Shown in pieces: positions 1 to 11,960 of a DNA stretch of 61,787 bases. The DNA comes from Girardia tigrina (Eukaryota). Below the pieces are notes generated by a model that was not told the DNA's origin, ran no database searches, and saw nothing but the letters and a program-made list of their open reading frames with translations. Each line of letters opens with the position of its first letter. Position 1 is the stretch's first letter. The translations under genes were made by a program, and so were the position numbers. The DNA is taken from positions 1 through 61,787 of the forward strand of contig MQRK01212633.1 of NCBI GenBank assembly GCA_001938485.1. The letters are read 5' to 3'.

Positions 1-18
1 ATCGTTAATTGTAAAATC

Positions 19-277
19 TCACTCACCATCAATGTTTTGAGGTTCGATTGAAATGTTCTGATTATTTAGATTCACATGTCGCATTCTCTCCATCTCATTG
101 AGAGCTCGTTGATTGCACGACTTTTTGCCTGTGAGCATTTCACAGCATAGCTCTTCAATTCGTAGTCCTTCCAAGGATCGGAGTCGGCTCAGCGCGACGT
201 AAGCTTGTCCATCTGCGAAGAGACGTGAGCCGAGATAAACGACTGCTTGGTCCACTGTGCTGCCCTGCATTTTGTGC
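19..277 (-). CDS. PIF1-family (SF1B) helicase C-terminus, probably Helitron Rep-Hel or another TE-borne PIF1; upstream part lost in N gap
   Basis: [38 protein letters not shown] matches PIF1 motifs V/VI (HKxQGxT...GQxYVALSR). Confidence 0.85.
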
Positions 278-1059
278 NNNNNNNNNNNNNNNNNNNNNNN
301 NNNNNNNNNNNNNNNNNNNNNNNNNNNNNNNNNNNNNNNNNNNNNNGGAAATTGAACTGATTTCGGTTCGATGAGATGAATTCCGTCGCGGCCGAAGTCA
401 ATCTTGGTTATTAAATGTTTCACTCTGTATCTATTTTGGTGGTCTGTATTGAAAGCCGTTAGCATTACTGACAATCTAAACTCTTCATCGAGCTCATTTT
501 GTCGGTATATTCTAAATTTTCAACACAGACCAACAAAATCTCGCGTCTTAAATTGCGTGCAGAATTATTTTTGACTGAATTTCCAAAGCCTACTATTACT
601 ACATGCGAAATCTCATTCGATTTGGAAATTAAATTTAGTAAATTTCAAAGCCTACTACTAAGAAAAGCATGAGAACGGCACTTTATTGACTTTTTACGGA
701 CAAACTACTGACTGCAGGAAAACAGTGATAATGAAATAGTGTATTGTCATCTAGAATACATCACTCCTGAAAATTTCAAGTCACCAGCACAACGGGAAGT
801 GGGTGAAATTTCGATCGCAAGATTTGATCCATACAGACAAACAAACAAATGAAACGTAATAAACGCTTGTAAAAAACAAAATTAACCGTATAAACATTTA
901 ACTCAGAGTAAGCACATTTGTTTAGAATAGAATACGATAACCATTTGCGGCTGTGGGTCGAAAGGAGCAAGATATTAGCATCAAAAAATTTAGTTGATAC
1001 ATTTTTTAAGATTTAAGCGTTTGGGCCGTGGGTGCACTCAATTAGGCACAAGCCTTTTG

Positions 1060-1300
1060 TGGCTTGGTTTTTGCATATTTCTTAGTCTTTCAGTAGGTAA
1101 GTAAACTCATGGCGCCTATCCAATCTCCAGTTATTGATGGCCATTGGCTCCAAGGAACTCATCCGGCATTTTCCAGGTTTTGTTTTCATCTTGTTGGGTA
1201 TCCACACAAACTCTTCACCTAGATTGCTCTGGATGAGGGAGCCGCTTTAGTCTCCAACCATCCGACCATGGAACATGTACTGTAGCAAGCATGCTTGTAT
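1060..1300 (-). mobile_element. Possible decayed 3' end of an RTE/CR1-like LINE ORF
   Basis: GC-richer island. Broken translation LQYMFHGRM...RLP...GE...KTKPGKCR resembles the LINE RT C-terminal pattern L.W.GHV.RM...R.P...GE...GR.R. Confidence 0.3.
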
Positions 1301-2524
1301 GACCCTTTATATAGATGTTTTAATGATGATTAAACAATTTCAATGATTTAAGAATTTAAACATACAGGTATTTTTAACATGCAATTTATTCAACAGACTA
1401 AAAAGAAGCATTATATTATGACAACAAATAAAAATGTATTTTGTTTAAGAATGCCTTCACTTTATAATTAATGGCTTCCTTGATGTTAGTTTTGTTATAA
1501 TTCTTCTGCATTCCTCATATTAATTTTTATTTTAAGACGTACTTATGCTTCTATATTTTACGAGGTTAAACGGTTTCCATTTCTAATTATAATTAATTGA
1601 ATCTATGAAAGTCCCTGATCTCACTAGAGGATGCTTTCAAAGGCTCAGAGAATGGCAGAGGTAATTTTCGGGATGGATGAAAACATTTTTGGAAGTGAAT
1701 CATAACATGTTGATATCATGAAAATTTTAAATTTCAAACGAACTTTAAAGACGATAATATTTTTCATGTATAGTATTTTATAAAGACGAAGATGACTCAG
1801 GAGCGGTTGACACCTTATAGTCTAATAATGCGTAATACAAATCTGAATTTCAGTATTTCATTCTGAATTTCTTTTTTGAATTTTATAAATCATTCTGAAG
1901 ACAATAGGAAAACGGAAAGATGGAATTACTTTTTTCTTCTCTTAATTCTTCTGTATATCTCCTTTCTTTATTCAAAAATGTCGTATCTTTTTTCAGTCGC
2001 TAATAGTAAATCGAAATATCTAATTTTAAACGTATTAACTATTATTTTTTAAAATCCATCCAATTTTGAATTTTTCACATCCCGAAGGCATTATCGATCT
2101 TTAAAACTATTTTAATCCTTTTATCAAAGAATTATTTTGATGATCCACCATGGGAGAGGTTGAAAATTGAATTGCACGTCGGTGAAGAATGGAGGAAAGA
2201 TTTTCGGAGGGGTGATTTTTTTTTATTCCAATCACTATATTTCATTATAAAGAGTTCATGAGGATGTTTTTAAATTGCGGTTTTAGATCAGAAAACCCAT
2301 AGCCTAAACTTTAAAATTTAACATGAATATAAGATAGAGATAAACATAGGAAAAATCATAAATGACAATACGCATAATTGTTAAAAAATAATTGTTGTGT
2401 TTCTTGTCTTCCCCACAACAACATCGATCCAACCGAACAAATTAAATCAAAAATTAAAATCCAAATCGAAAATCGGAAAATCCAGTCAAATCCAAAATTA
2501 ATTGGTGTTGTTTAAATGCATCTC

Positions 2525-2689
2525 AAATTTGTTTAAATAATAAGACGTTCAGAAATAGAAATAATTTATCAATCAAGAACGATGAATAGCAACGAAAGTT
2601 TTGTGGAGAATTTTCCTAGTGCAATTCAAGTTGTGATGTCATTAAATGAATTGAAAATTCTATAAGTGTTCTTAATATGGCGACCAACG
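2525..2689 (+). mobile_element. 3' half of a TG...TA-family LTR followed by a primer-binding site
   Basis: Aligns with the 3' half of 22624-23031 (aataataagacgtt...atcaatcaagaacgatga...gttcttaata). The LTR end at 2677 is followed directly by TGGCGACCAACG (2678-2689). Confidence 0.75.
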
Positions 2690-3120
2690 ACCATGTGACT
2701 CCGAACATCATAGGTAGAGCCTTTTTTAAAAAATCAACGTTTGACATGTTTTGATCACAATCTTTTATCATATTCAGTAACTTTATTTGTATAGTGATTT
2801 ATTTATTTTATTTTAGTAATTTATTTAATTATTATATTATACATAAAAATATAAGAAATATCTTTATAACTCTCTTCCCAGTAGCTGTTCGGAATTTAAA
2901 TTTAAATTATTATTATATTATTGTTATCATTATTTATATTCAAAATTCCTCCCCTGCAATCAAATTCAAATCGAGAAAGACAATATATGAATGATAAACT
3001 CTGATAATTTTCTTGTCCTTTTTATTGATTCTTGATATAATTGATATGTATAAATGAAAACATATTTAAGTAATAAGTAAGTAAAGAGCCTAGATGCTCA
3101 ATACTATTCGAAAGAGATAG

Positions 3121-3380
3121 GAGGCCTACATTGGAGAGATAAATACTGATCTCAAAACACAGATTTATGAGCATTAACAAATTAGTATATCGAGTTAAGT
3201 TTTTGATCACTGTAAATGTTGCAAAGATAGAACTTCATCGATTTCTGGAACTGAATTTTCTATTCTTAAAAAGAATTTGCATTCACATTATGAGAGGTTG
3301 TATTGTGAATCACTGCTAATAAGGCACTATAACCCATTGATTAACATCCGAAATGTGACAAGTAAAGCAGCTTCAATATA
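3121..3380 (+). mobile_element. Penelope-like element GIY-YIG endonuclease remnant
   Basis: EAYIGEINTDLKTQIYEH* ... FSILKKNLHSHYERLYCESLLIRHYNPLINI. No hammerhead seen downstream of this copy. Confidence 0.75.
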
Positions 3381-4338
3381 AAATATCTTTAAATAAAATA
3401 AATAAAATGTTTAAAAATAAAAATATTAACCAATAAAATTTAACCTTAAAATTATTTTTACCATTTAATTACCACAAATATTATCAAAGGAAACATCTGG
3501 CTCAGAATAATTATACAAAATTTAAATTTCAATTCCTTAAATCTTATTGATATATTAAAATATTAAATTTTTATTATAAGGAATAAAAAATTAATTTTAT
3601 TAAAATTAATTTAATTTCCATTATTTTATTCCAATAATAAGATTTTATTTTGTTTTAATTATTTTTTATTATATTATATGATTTTATTGATAAAACAAGA
3701 AATAAAATTTGTTTATATGACAAATTTGAGAAATTAATCTTTATTTTTATAACAAATCAGCCACAAAAATTAATATCAAAGTTCGTTAAATCCCACAATC
3801 AATGCTCGTTAGGGAAACCTCTGGGTAAGATTTGAAATGTAATTAGTTTGGATATTGAAAAAAAAGTAAAGATTTTTGATTAAATTTCGAAAGTAGCATA
3901 TAGATTAAAACAAACAATTCTTGTAGAACAACTATTAGCCATTAAATCACGTTAAAAATTTTTTAAAAGACAATTGTAGAGGTAGCGCAATCGCACGAGA
4001 CAAGATTGAGAATTACCAAGTCGAGGGCAAAGAACAGCCAATTTGTTTTAATTAAATCCTCTTATTTTTAACACTCTTTAACAGGTGTAAATTTTATATT
4101 ATATATAATTCTAACAATCTTCAATCGATTATTAGTTTTGTAGAATTATGTTTTCTTAATTTTAATAAAGTTCAAGAATTGAATAATTATAACAAATATA
4201 ACTATTCCTGTAAGAAAGAAAACAAATTGATAAATTATTAATGAATTTTTTTTCGCAATTTATTTTCGATATTTTATTTTATAATCATAGCAAAATAAAT
4301 AAATAAATATTTGGTTTTAAAAGGAAATATTTTGTAAT

Positions 4339-4460
4339 TGTGAGGAATATTTTAAATTGTTTGAATGTGTGAATGTATTGATGCTGTATGTTGATTTAAG
4401 TATATTGAACTTAGAATGGTGATTCTCCACCCAGATGGAAATTGGTATTTTTTATTAAAT
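4339..4460 (+). repeat. 5' part of an LTR (TGTGAGGAATA family)
   Basis: Starts TGTGAGGAATATTTT and carries the family motif ctccacccagatgg; closely similar to 35480-35590. Confidence 0.65.
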
Positions 4461-4750
4461 TTAAAGGATTGACTATTCGAACATAATTAAAATAATCATT
4501 TGATAACATTTTTATTATTTTGTGTTTTATGAAGAAATGGTTGTGTTTAAATTAAGTGTTCAAATCTAAAAATAATTAATGGGACAGGTTTAATATTATT
4601 AGTTTTTAATATTAGTGTTGGATATTAGATATTTTAATTATTTGAAAAATTTAATATTTGCTTTTTTTGATAAATATTTTGTTAGAATATTATCAATTAA
4701 ACATTGTTTTGAAAATAAACTTTTCGCGTGTTACAAGCTATCCGGGCATA

Positions 4751-5490
4751 ATGAATGATATGAAAATCGTTTTGGAATTTTTAGAGAAATTTGATGGAAG
4801 CATCAATTTCGAGATTTGGCAGAAGAAATTTGAAATGATCATGAAAATCCAGAAGATTACTGATCCAGCCCCGTATCTCCTTTCTTTACTATCGGGGGTT
4901 GCACTGAACATCTATATGGAATCGAACGAGAAGACGCAAAGCAGCTGCGATAGGTTCTTCAAGATATTAAACAATTCGTTCGGCCTGACTAGACGTTCTG
5001 CGTACGGTCAATTAATAAACTTACAATATCACGATGTCGAGAATATCGATGAATATGCGTCTCAGGTGAAAATGTTAGCAACAAAGGTCAACGATCTAAC
5101 AAAGGCTGCATTCATGGCTGGACTGCCTTTCGAGTTGCAGGTGGATTTCGAACGGGCCGGCGACCAACCCCTGACCGAAATGATCGAATATAGCCGCAGG
5201 TATTTGGGGATTAAAAAGGGTTTATTACAGGGTTCAATGGCAGCAATACAACACGGAAACAACAACAAAGAAACACGGAGTTCCGGAGGTCAGAGCGAAC
5301 TCGCTAAACCAAGAGCAAATCTTCAGAAAGGACCCTATGTTCATCGTGAGAGAGACACTAAATTGAAGGAAGTAATCATCATGAGGGTTCTCAGTGGCAA
5401 TCAAACAGACAAAAAATATGCTAAAAATGTCTGAAACCGGGTCATATCGCAAAATATTGTCGGTCGGGAAACGAACAGGGGAGTTTGTAG
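4751..5490 (+). pseudogene. Gag with frameshifted CCHC zinc knuckle
   Basis: EKFDGSINFEIWQKKFE...LLSGVALNIY...ENIDEYA...AFMAGLP. Knuckle C*KCLKPGHIAKYC at about 5419-5460 lies in a shifted frame. Confidence 0.8.
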
Positions 5491-5507
5491 GCGCCGGCTC
5501 TCTCCCT
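5466..5507 (+). promoter_or_regulatory. Putative -1 programmed ribosomal frameshift signal (gag-pol)
   Basis: Slippery heptamer G GGA AAC (5466-5472) in the knuckle frame just before the gag stop TAG. The -1 frame reads GKRTGEFVGAGSLP into the protease. A G/C-rich stem (ggggag...ctctccct) starts about 5 nt downstream. Confidence 0.65.
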
Positions 5508-5775
5508 TCACAGTTGCAGGCATTGCCGACGATATTCGTCACCGTAAATGACAGGTCAGCCACAGCATTGATTGATTCTGGTTGTTCGAAAACGGTTGTT
5601 TTAAAAGGGTTAGTTAGTGATTGTATGTTGTTTTCAGGCGGAGAAAGTATGGTTTTGGCGAATGGAAAGGGTGTTAGAGTGGGTTCGGGTGAAGTGCAGT
5701 TGAATATAAATGGTAGGATCATTAGGGTGGAATGTTCGGTCATGGAACATTTGCCGTATTATCTAGGGATCTTAA
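5466..5775 (+). pseudogene. Retroviral-type aspartic protease
   Basis: VTVNDRSATALIDSGCSKTVV (catalytic DSG). Confidence 0.9.
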
Positions 5776-5784
5776 CAGGTAAGG

Positions 5785-7320
5785 GATGAGCTGGATGTAG
5801 AATCAATTTCACGTCGTGAGTTATATTCGTTATGTGGACAATTAGTAGGAATACATCCGGTAGCTAATTGGCTGCGTCCGTCATGTTCATATCTTAAACG
5901 ACTTAGTGAGGGAAGGTGGGATGAAAAGATAGACGAGGAATTATTCGAGAAGATTAAATGGGTTTTAAAGACAGTGAGAGAGAGTGATCCTTGCAGAGGT
6001 TTATGGGCTATTGATGACTGCAGGGAATGTATTATATGGTGCGACGCAAGTTCAATAGCCATTGGTGCGGCGTTAGAAGTCAAAGGGAACATAATTGAGG
6101 ACGCATCATGGTTGAGAAAAACTGATGATTCTAGACATATTAATGTAGCAGAACTAGAAGCAGTTGTAAAGGGTTTAAACTTATGTGTGAAATGGGGTTT
6201 AAGGAGCGTGATAGTAAAATCGGATTATAAGTCAATAGTTTTGTGGGTAACCACAACAATCTCAGATCGCGAAAAATTAAATACCAAGGCTTCATCTGAG
6301 CTTTTAATAAAACGAAGACTGTCGATGATCAAGGAGCTGTGTCAGGAGTATGAGATCGAGTTGAAGATCGAGTTTGTTAATAGCAAATCTAACAAGGCAG
6401 ATGAGTTGACAAAAATGCCAAAACAATTAAAAAGAAGCAATTGTTTTTTATCGGTTACGGACGATCTACTCAAGCTTCAGCAACTTCACGATAAGTGTCA
6501 TTTAGGAGCAAACAGAATGCGATATCTATGTGCGATGCAAGGAATAGGTGTGTCAAACGCGGATATCAAGGATCTGATTTAAAGATGTCAATCCATTGAT
6601 CCGACACCCGTAAAATGGAAAACCGGTAGGCTGAGTGTCAACGAAAACTGGACAAGACTTGCTGCGGATGTTACAATGTAAAATCAACAAAATATTTTTA
6701 GTGTAATCGATTGTGGTCCTTCTCGCTTTGCGATATGGAAATTAATAAAGGCTGAAGACGTCAAGTCAATTGTCTCAGAATTCTCAAGTTTGTTCTGTGA
6801 ACGCGGGTCTCCCAAGGAANNNNNNNNNNNNNNNNNNNNNNNNNNNNNNNNNNCAGAATTCAACAAACTGATGGAAAAGTGGAACGTTCGAGTCATGTAT
6901 CGTGCCATCAATCGACCTAACTGCAACGGAATAATAGAAAGAAATCATAGAACAATCAAAAGAATTGCGTCCAGATCAAATATCAGCATTTTAGAAGCCT
7001 TATGGTGGTATAATAACACGCCATCTGAAGGAAAAGAAACACCAAGCTCGGCGCTATATAGTTATTTGCTCATAGGGTTAGATATAATCGAAAGAAGTGA
7101 AAAGGAACCGTTCTGTGGAAATCCAGATTATTTTGAGAATCAATTAGTGTAAGTAAAACCGGAAAACAGTACACCATGTACACAGCAATGGGCCAAGGGT
7201 GTTGTCGTGAAAAGAATAGATCAAAGGAAATATCTAGTAAATTCCAACGGATTTTGTGGTCCAAGACGTATCGCAGACATTCGACCTAGACAGCCTGACT
7301 TGGTTGAAAATTCCAAGTCA
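5785..7320 (+). pseudogene. RT connection, RNase H and integrase
   Basis: SRRELYSLCGQLVG; WCDASSIAIGAALE...HINVAELEAV...KSD...NKADEL; LHDKCHLG; RLAADVT; VIDCGPSRFAIW; NGIIERNHRTIK...YNNTP. Confidence 0.9.
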
Positions 7321-7499
7321 TACTATATGAATATGTAGGAAAAAATAGTTCCGGCATTTATTAGTTACAAATATTACTCTCAATTTTAAGCCAACAGGTG
7401 TTCGATGTTCTAAAAATCGTTTTGAATTCTTTTGCTCTCTCTGAGAACGGTAATTTTAGATTTATAGTCCTTTATCTCAAATTATAATCAAATGACTAT

Positions 7500-7893
7500 C
7501 AATCTCAAATTACCATACTCAGAGATAGCAAAAAAATTCAAACGATTTTTAGAACATGCAGGAACTATTTTTCAAACAAATTAAAAACTCCTTTGTGTAT
7601 TAAGGCAAATCTAGTTTTTCAATTCAAATGTCACAAGTGCGAAGCCTTGTACATTGGAGAGACAAGTCGTCATCTCCGCACTAGAATTGCTGAACATACT
7701 CAATCGAGTAGAAATAGTTCGATATTGAGCCATATTAAAAAATGTAATGGTAATCTTATGGATTACAATAAAGATTTTAAATAATTTTGACACAAATTAT
7801 GAAAGGATTATTGCCGAAGCATTGTTAATAAAGCATCATAAACCATGCTTAAACGTGCAAGGTGATTCATCTAATCATATTAAAGTTTTTTAA
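7500..7893 (+). mobile_element. PLE GIY-YIG endonuclease remnant
   Basis: FSNKLKTPLCIKANLVFQFKCHKCEALYIGETSRHLRTRIAEH...ERIIAEALLIKHHKPCLNVQ...IKVF* (CCHH-type GIY-YIG). Confidence 0.9.
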
Positions 7894-8010
7894 AATATCA
7901 TTAAAAATACTTTTNNTTTTTTTTAAAGAAAAGGAAAAAAAAGCATGTTTTTGAGACGTATGATGTAATAGTTTTTCAACTATATAAATAGCAATTAATC
8001 ACTTTATTTC

Positions 8011-8050
8011 ATTGCACTGAAGATGCCGAAATGGTGAAACGTGTATGAAT
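8011..8050 (+). ncRNA. Minimal hammerhead ribozyme motif in PLE pseudo-LTR
   Basis: CTGAAGA T GCC-GAAAT-GGT GAAA CGTG TA; putative GUA cleavage triplet; about 125 bp after the GIY-YIG stop. Confidence 0.7.
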
Positions 8051-11000
8051 TGTGAATAAATTTAATATTCAAAAATGGCATTTGTTTTCATTATATATAG
8101 TAAGCTAATAAAAAGAATGGAAAAATAAATTTCAATTCATTAAGTCTGCTATTTAACACCATACTCACTTGGTCACACATGGTTAAATTATACATTAATA
8201 ATTTCTTTTGATGTAAATCAAGTTTCTATTAAATAAATGTTATATGTTAGTAAACTGAGTCCATTTCTAGTGTTTTTTGATGAATTGTTTTGACACATGC
8301 AGTTTATCGTGTCAGATTTGAGGAAAATGCTTTATAGGAAAATATATTGACATAAACTTGGCTTCGACAGTGACAGATTGTGACAAATAAATTTTAAAAC
8401 ATAAATTTCCTCAGGCTAAATAAAAAAGTTGAAAATAATCTGCTTAAGCTCATTGAAATACTCAATGTTATCATTTTTAAAGGATTTTGTTTATAGTTCA
8501 GAAAAAGAGTACTTAAGAGCAATTAGGTGAAATTCATTAAAATTACATAAACCTTTAATTTATTTCTAAAAAAGATGCTACGCTTTTTTATTAAATTATA
8601 AAATCTAAATAAATAAAATTAATTCGGTAAATATCCTAAAAATATCAAAAATCTAAATAGAATTTTCCTTAAAATACTTTGATAAATTGAAAAATATTTT
8701 TGATTAAAATAAGCTCTCATTTAAAAAAATATAAATCATAAAAGAGCATTAGCGAACAATAGAGTTATTTTATAAGTTTAAGAGTTTGCACTTTTCATTC
8801 TTTCCTCTGTTCATATTTTAAAACCATTCTTTAACATTTCCGGCAATTGTTCATAATTTACTCATTTTATTCGGCTTGAATTGGGAAACGTGATTTATGT
8901 CTCTTGTTAAAATATAGTTATATTGGTATCAGGAAAACTATTTAAGTTTATTTTGTTATATTATCCATTCTTTGGTCACTATGCAATATGCATTAAGGTT
9001 TGAAAGAATAAATTAAACTCAGTTGATAAAAACATACATAGATCTCTTTTGCGTGTGTTTTGCTTCAATGTCGTTAAGTTCTGTAGATAATTCTGAGTAA
9101 TATATATAAAAATTATATATTGAATATATTTTATATTAATTAATTATATTAGCTATAATTAATTATTGGCTGACCAATCAGAGCGAGCTACGAATCATTT
9201 AGTGAAATCAAATTTTACTTACTAATTTTATTATTTTGTTTTATTGTATAATGATTTGGCTGATCGATAATATGGTGATTTATAACTGTTACTAGTTTTA
9301 CTAATCTATTTTTGTACTGAGCCCCTGATTACATATTGAAATCGATTTATTATTTTGTTATTAAATTATGTTTTTGCTCGAAATACATTTGAATTAAGTG
9401 ATACGAATTTTTTTCAATTTGAATATTTTGTTTAATATTGAGAATTTTTTTCGAAAGTTTTAAAAAAAGATTTCTCTTCGTGCAAAATAATTGAAATAAG
9501 ACAATAATCTGGAAGAATTTTATGATAAATAAATATTAAGCCCAATTTCAAAATGATTTTGCTAACACTGAAGTCTTTGAAGCAACCTGGAGACTGTTGG
9601 AACATTGCCCGTTTATTGAGGAAAACGTAGTTCATTAAAAAAGTCTAAGGCAAAATGGGAAAGACAAATACTAACTCATTGAGTTTTTATAATTTATGGC
9701 TCCACTAAATTGTGGTTTTTCCACACGAATTATTTTTCATAAAACTGAAGTGTTTGTTTTTTTCTTTTTAATTCCAAAAAAATAGAATAGAATACAAACG
9801 TGTAATAAATTAACAATGGAGAAACATTTTGTGAACTCTTATTGTTCGGAATTAAATATTTTAATACAAATGTTTTATATTTTTGAGAAACCATATATCA
9901 TATTAAATAATGTAACATAAAATGTAGTATAAAATAGTATTCTTATATTGATAGATCAAAGACTATATTCAAGAAAATATTTTTTCAATATTATGATACA
10001 TTTTGTACAAATGCGAAAAATATTTAATAAAACATGGTTTTTCCAATCATTAAAGAATTATTTTAATCAAAATAAAAAGATAATCTTCAACAAAGAACCT
10101 TTCCGGTCAAAGTAATGAGATTATGCTTCTTTCTCTGCTTACACAATTATCATTTAGAACTAAAAACATAAATGTTTTAATTTGAATGCATAATTTTTAA
10201 CCAATAAATGCATGATTTTTTGTTTTGAATTATAAAGGTTAACTGAACTATATGACTCACCACAATAAAAATATAAGTTACAACCAAAAGTGATGTCACA
10301 TGTTTTAATAGACACGTGATATATTGTAAGTGCTTATTAATGTCGGTTCTGTAACGCCTACATATAGGCGTTTGAATTAAATTAAGGGAAACAAAAAGTG
10401 TAAACAATGGGCAACTATATGCACTTAAGGGTTAATCTTTAAAGTGGATTTGAACTTCAAAGTGTTTTGTAAAATTATAAAACTTCATAAATTTTATTGA
10501 TTTCAGTTTAGGGCAGACTTCCTTAAATTTTTTTCGAGAGGGTCATATGCCTTTTCAGAGAAATATGTGAATATCATTTGATGAAAAATGGATAAAGAAT
10601 GTGTTTTCACTATTGTATATTGACAACAAATCAAATACATTATTCTGAAATTATCGTTTGCTGTACATTCCCCGGCCGTGTTCTCATACAAATTTCTAAA
10701 AAAGATAATCCATTATTTATGATATATTTACTGATAATGCAGCTTGACAAACAAAACTCTTTGACTGATTAGGTTAAAAGTAAAAGAATATGGATTCGTC
10801 AATTTAAGTAAGCTGATTAACATGTTAAGCACCTAACCTAAATAATTATCCGGACTTTAATATCGGTAAATATTTTACTTGAATATCTAAGAAAAACTCT
10901 CTCTAAAGGAAATAAAACGATATACCTAAGCAAAATTAAAGCTAAAATTGATGAAGACTTAAAGTGTGATGTTCACCCGTATCATAAATATTTATCTTAG

Positions 11001-11719
11001 AAATTCAAAAACTGAACAGTTCAAAGACGTTTGGACGTTAAAAAATTTTGTGAGGAAAAAACGAGTCAAATAAATGAGTAAATTGCAAAAAATGAATAAT
11101 TTGAAAAACAAAAATTTTATTTATATTCTTTATTATATTACTCAAGATTTGTTTGAATGAATTTTTCTGTAAAAAATGTAAAAATCAAGATGCCCCAATG
11201 AACCCAACTAAGGGAAGCTTTTGAAATGTATGAGAAAAAAATGAAGTAATAAAAAAGAACACCTTTAAAATAAATTATAGAACAAAAGAAAAAAAAATAA
11301 AAATATTAAAAATTAAGAATGATGAAAATAATTTTGTTTTTGCGATCAGTTGATAATTTTTTTTACTCGTTGAAAACTTATACATAATGAGGTATGTTTG
11401 GATTTTGGGGAACTCACATAAAGGTTAGAATTTTGGTATATAAAATCTCTCAAAGGAATTTTGAAATACTTAAAAAATATGATTTTGTAAATTAAAACTT
11501 TAGGGTTGAAAATATGTTAAATTGAAGTCTAAAATGATAATTATAATTACTTACATTCAAACAGTTCTTTCTATGTGGAGCAATATTATTAACATTTTCC
11601 CTTCGATTATGCTCCTGAATCTGTTTACAAAGATGATGACCAGTATCTATGATTTATATTTAAATTTATATTAATAAACTAAATTGGAACATAAATCAGT
11701 TGGAGTGATGACTGAAATT

Positions 11720-11853
11720 TTAAGATTTTGTGTTCACCATCTGGTAATAACTGGGAGAGGGGCATGTATGAAGCATTTGTGATCAAATCATTTAACCCTA
11801 AAATCAATGTGCAAACACCATCCTCTTCAACTTTATTGAAAGTATTTTCATTG
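11720..11853 (+). mobile_element. PLE GIY-YIG C-terminal remnant
   Basis: FKILCSPSGNNWERGMYEAFVIKSFNPKINVQTPSSSTLLKVF. Confidence 0.75.
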
Positions 11854-11930
11854 TTTATAAATTACATACTGATTGTAATTTATATACATAAACGATTATA
11901 TATACGCGAGTGTATAATTATTAGTTTGGT

Positions 11931-11960
11931 CTGATGACGTTTGATCCGTCAAAATTGATT
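11931..11960 (+). ncRNA. Decayed hammerhead motif
   Basis: CTGATGA CG-TTTGAT-CCGTC AAAA TTGA TT (GAAA>AAAA, 3-nt deletion). Upstream acgcgagt.tata block is shared with the 45188-45260(-) copy. Confidence 0.55.

Larger units (their letters stand above)
4751..7320 (+). mobile_element. Degenerate Ty3/Gypsy retrotransposon internal region: gag, protease, RT core deleted, RNase H, integrase
   Basis: Domain order gag-PR-(RT connection)-RH-IN; stops and frameshifts at about 5420, 5780, 6580, 6680 and 7150. Confidence 0.9.

Noticed and set aside
347-474. N-terminal part of the 151-aa ORF (19..474) joined to the PIF1 motifs
   Set aside because: The frame crosses an N gap of estimated length; the upstream peptide shows no helicase motif.
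2678-4338. Complete LTR-PBS-internal-LTR element between 2525 and 4460
   Set aside because: The two LTR pieces look like different subfamilies, with no polypurine tract before 4339 and no TSD.
10408-10435. piggyBac-like end GCACTTAAGGG|TTAA
   Set aside because: No partner TIR located.
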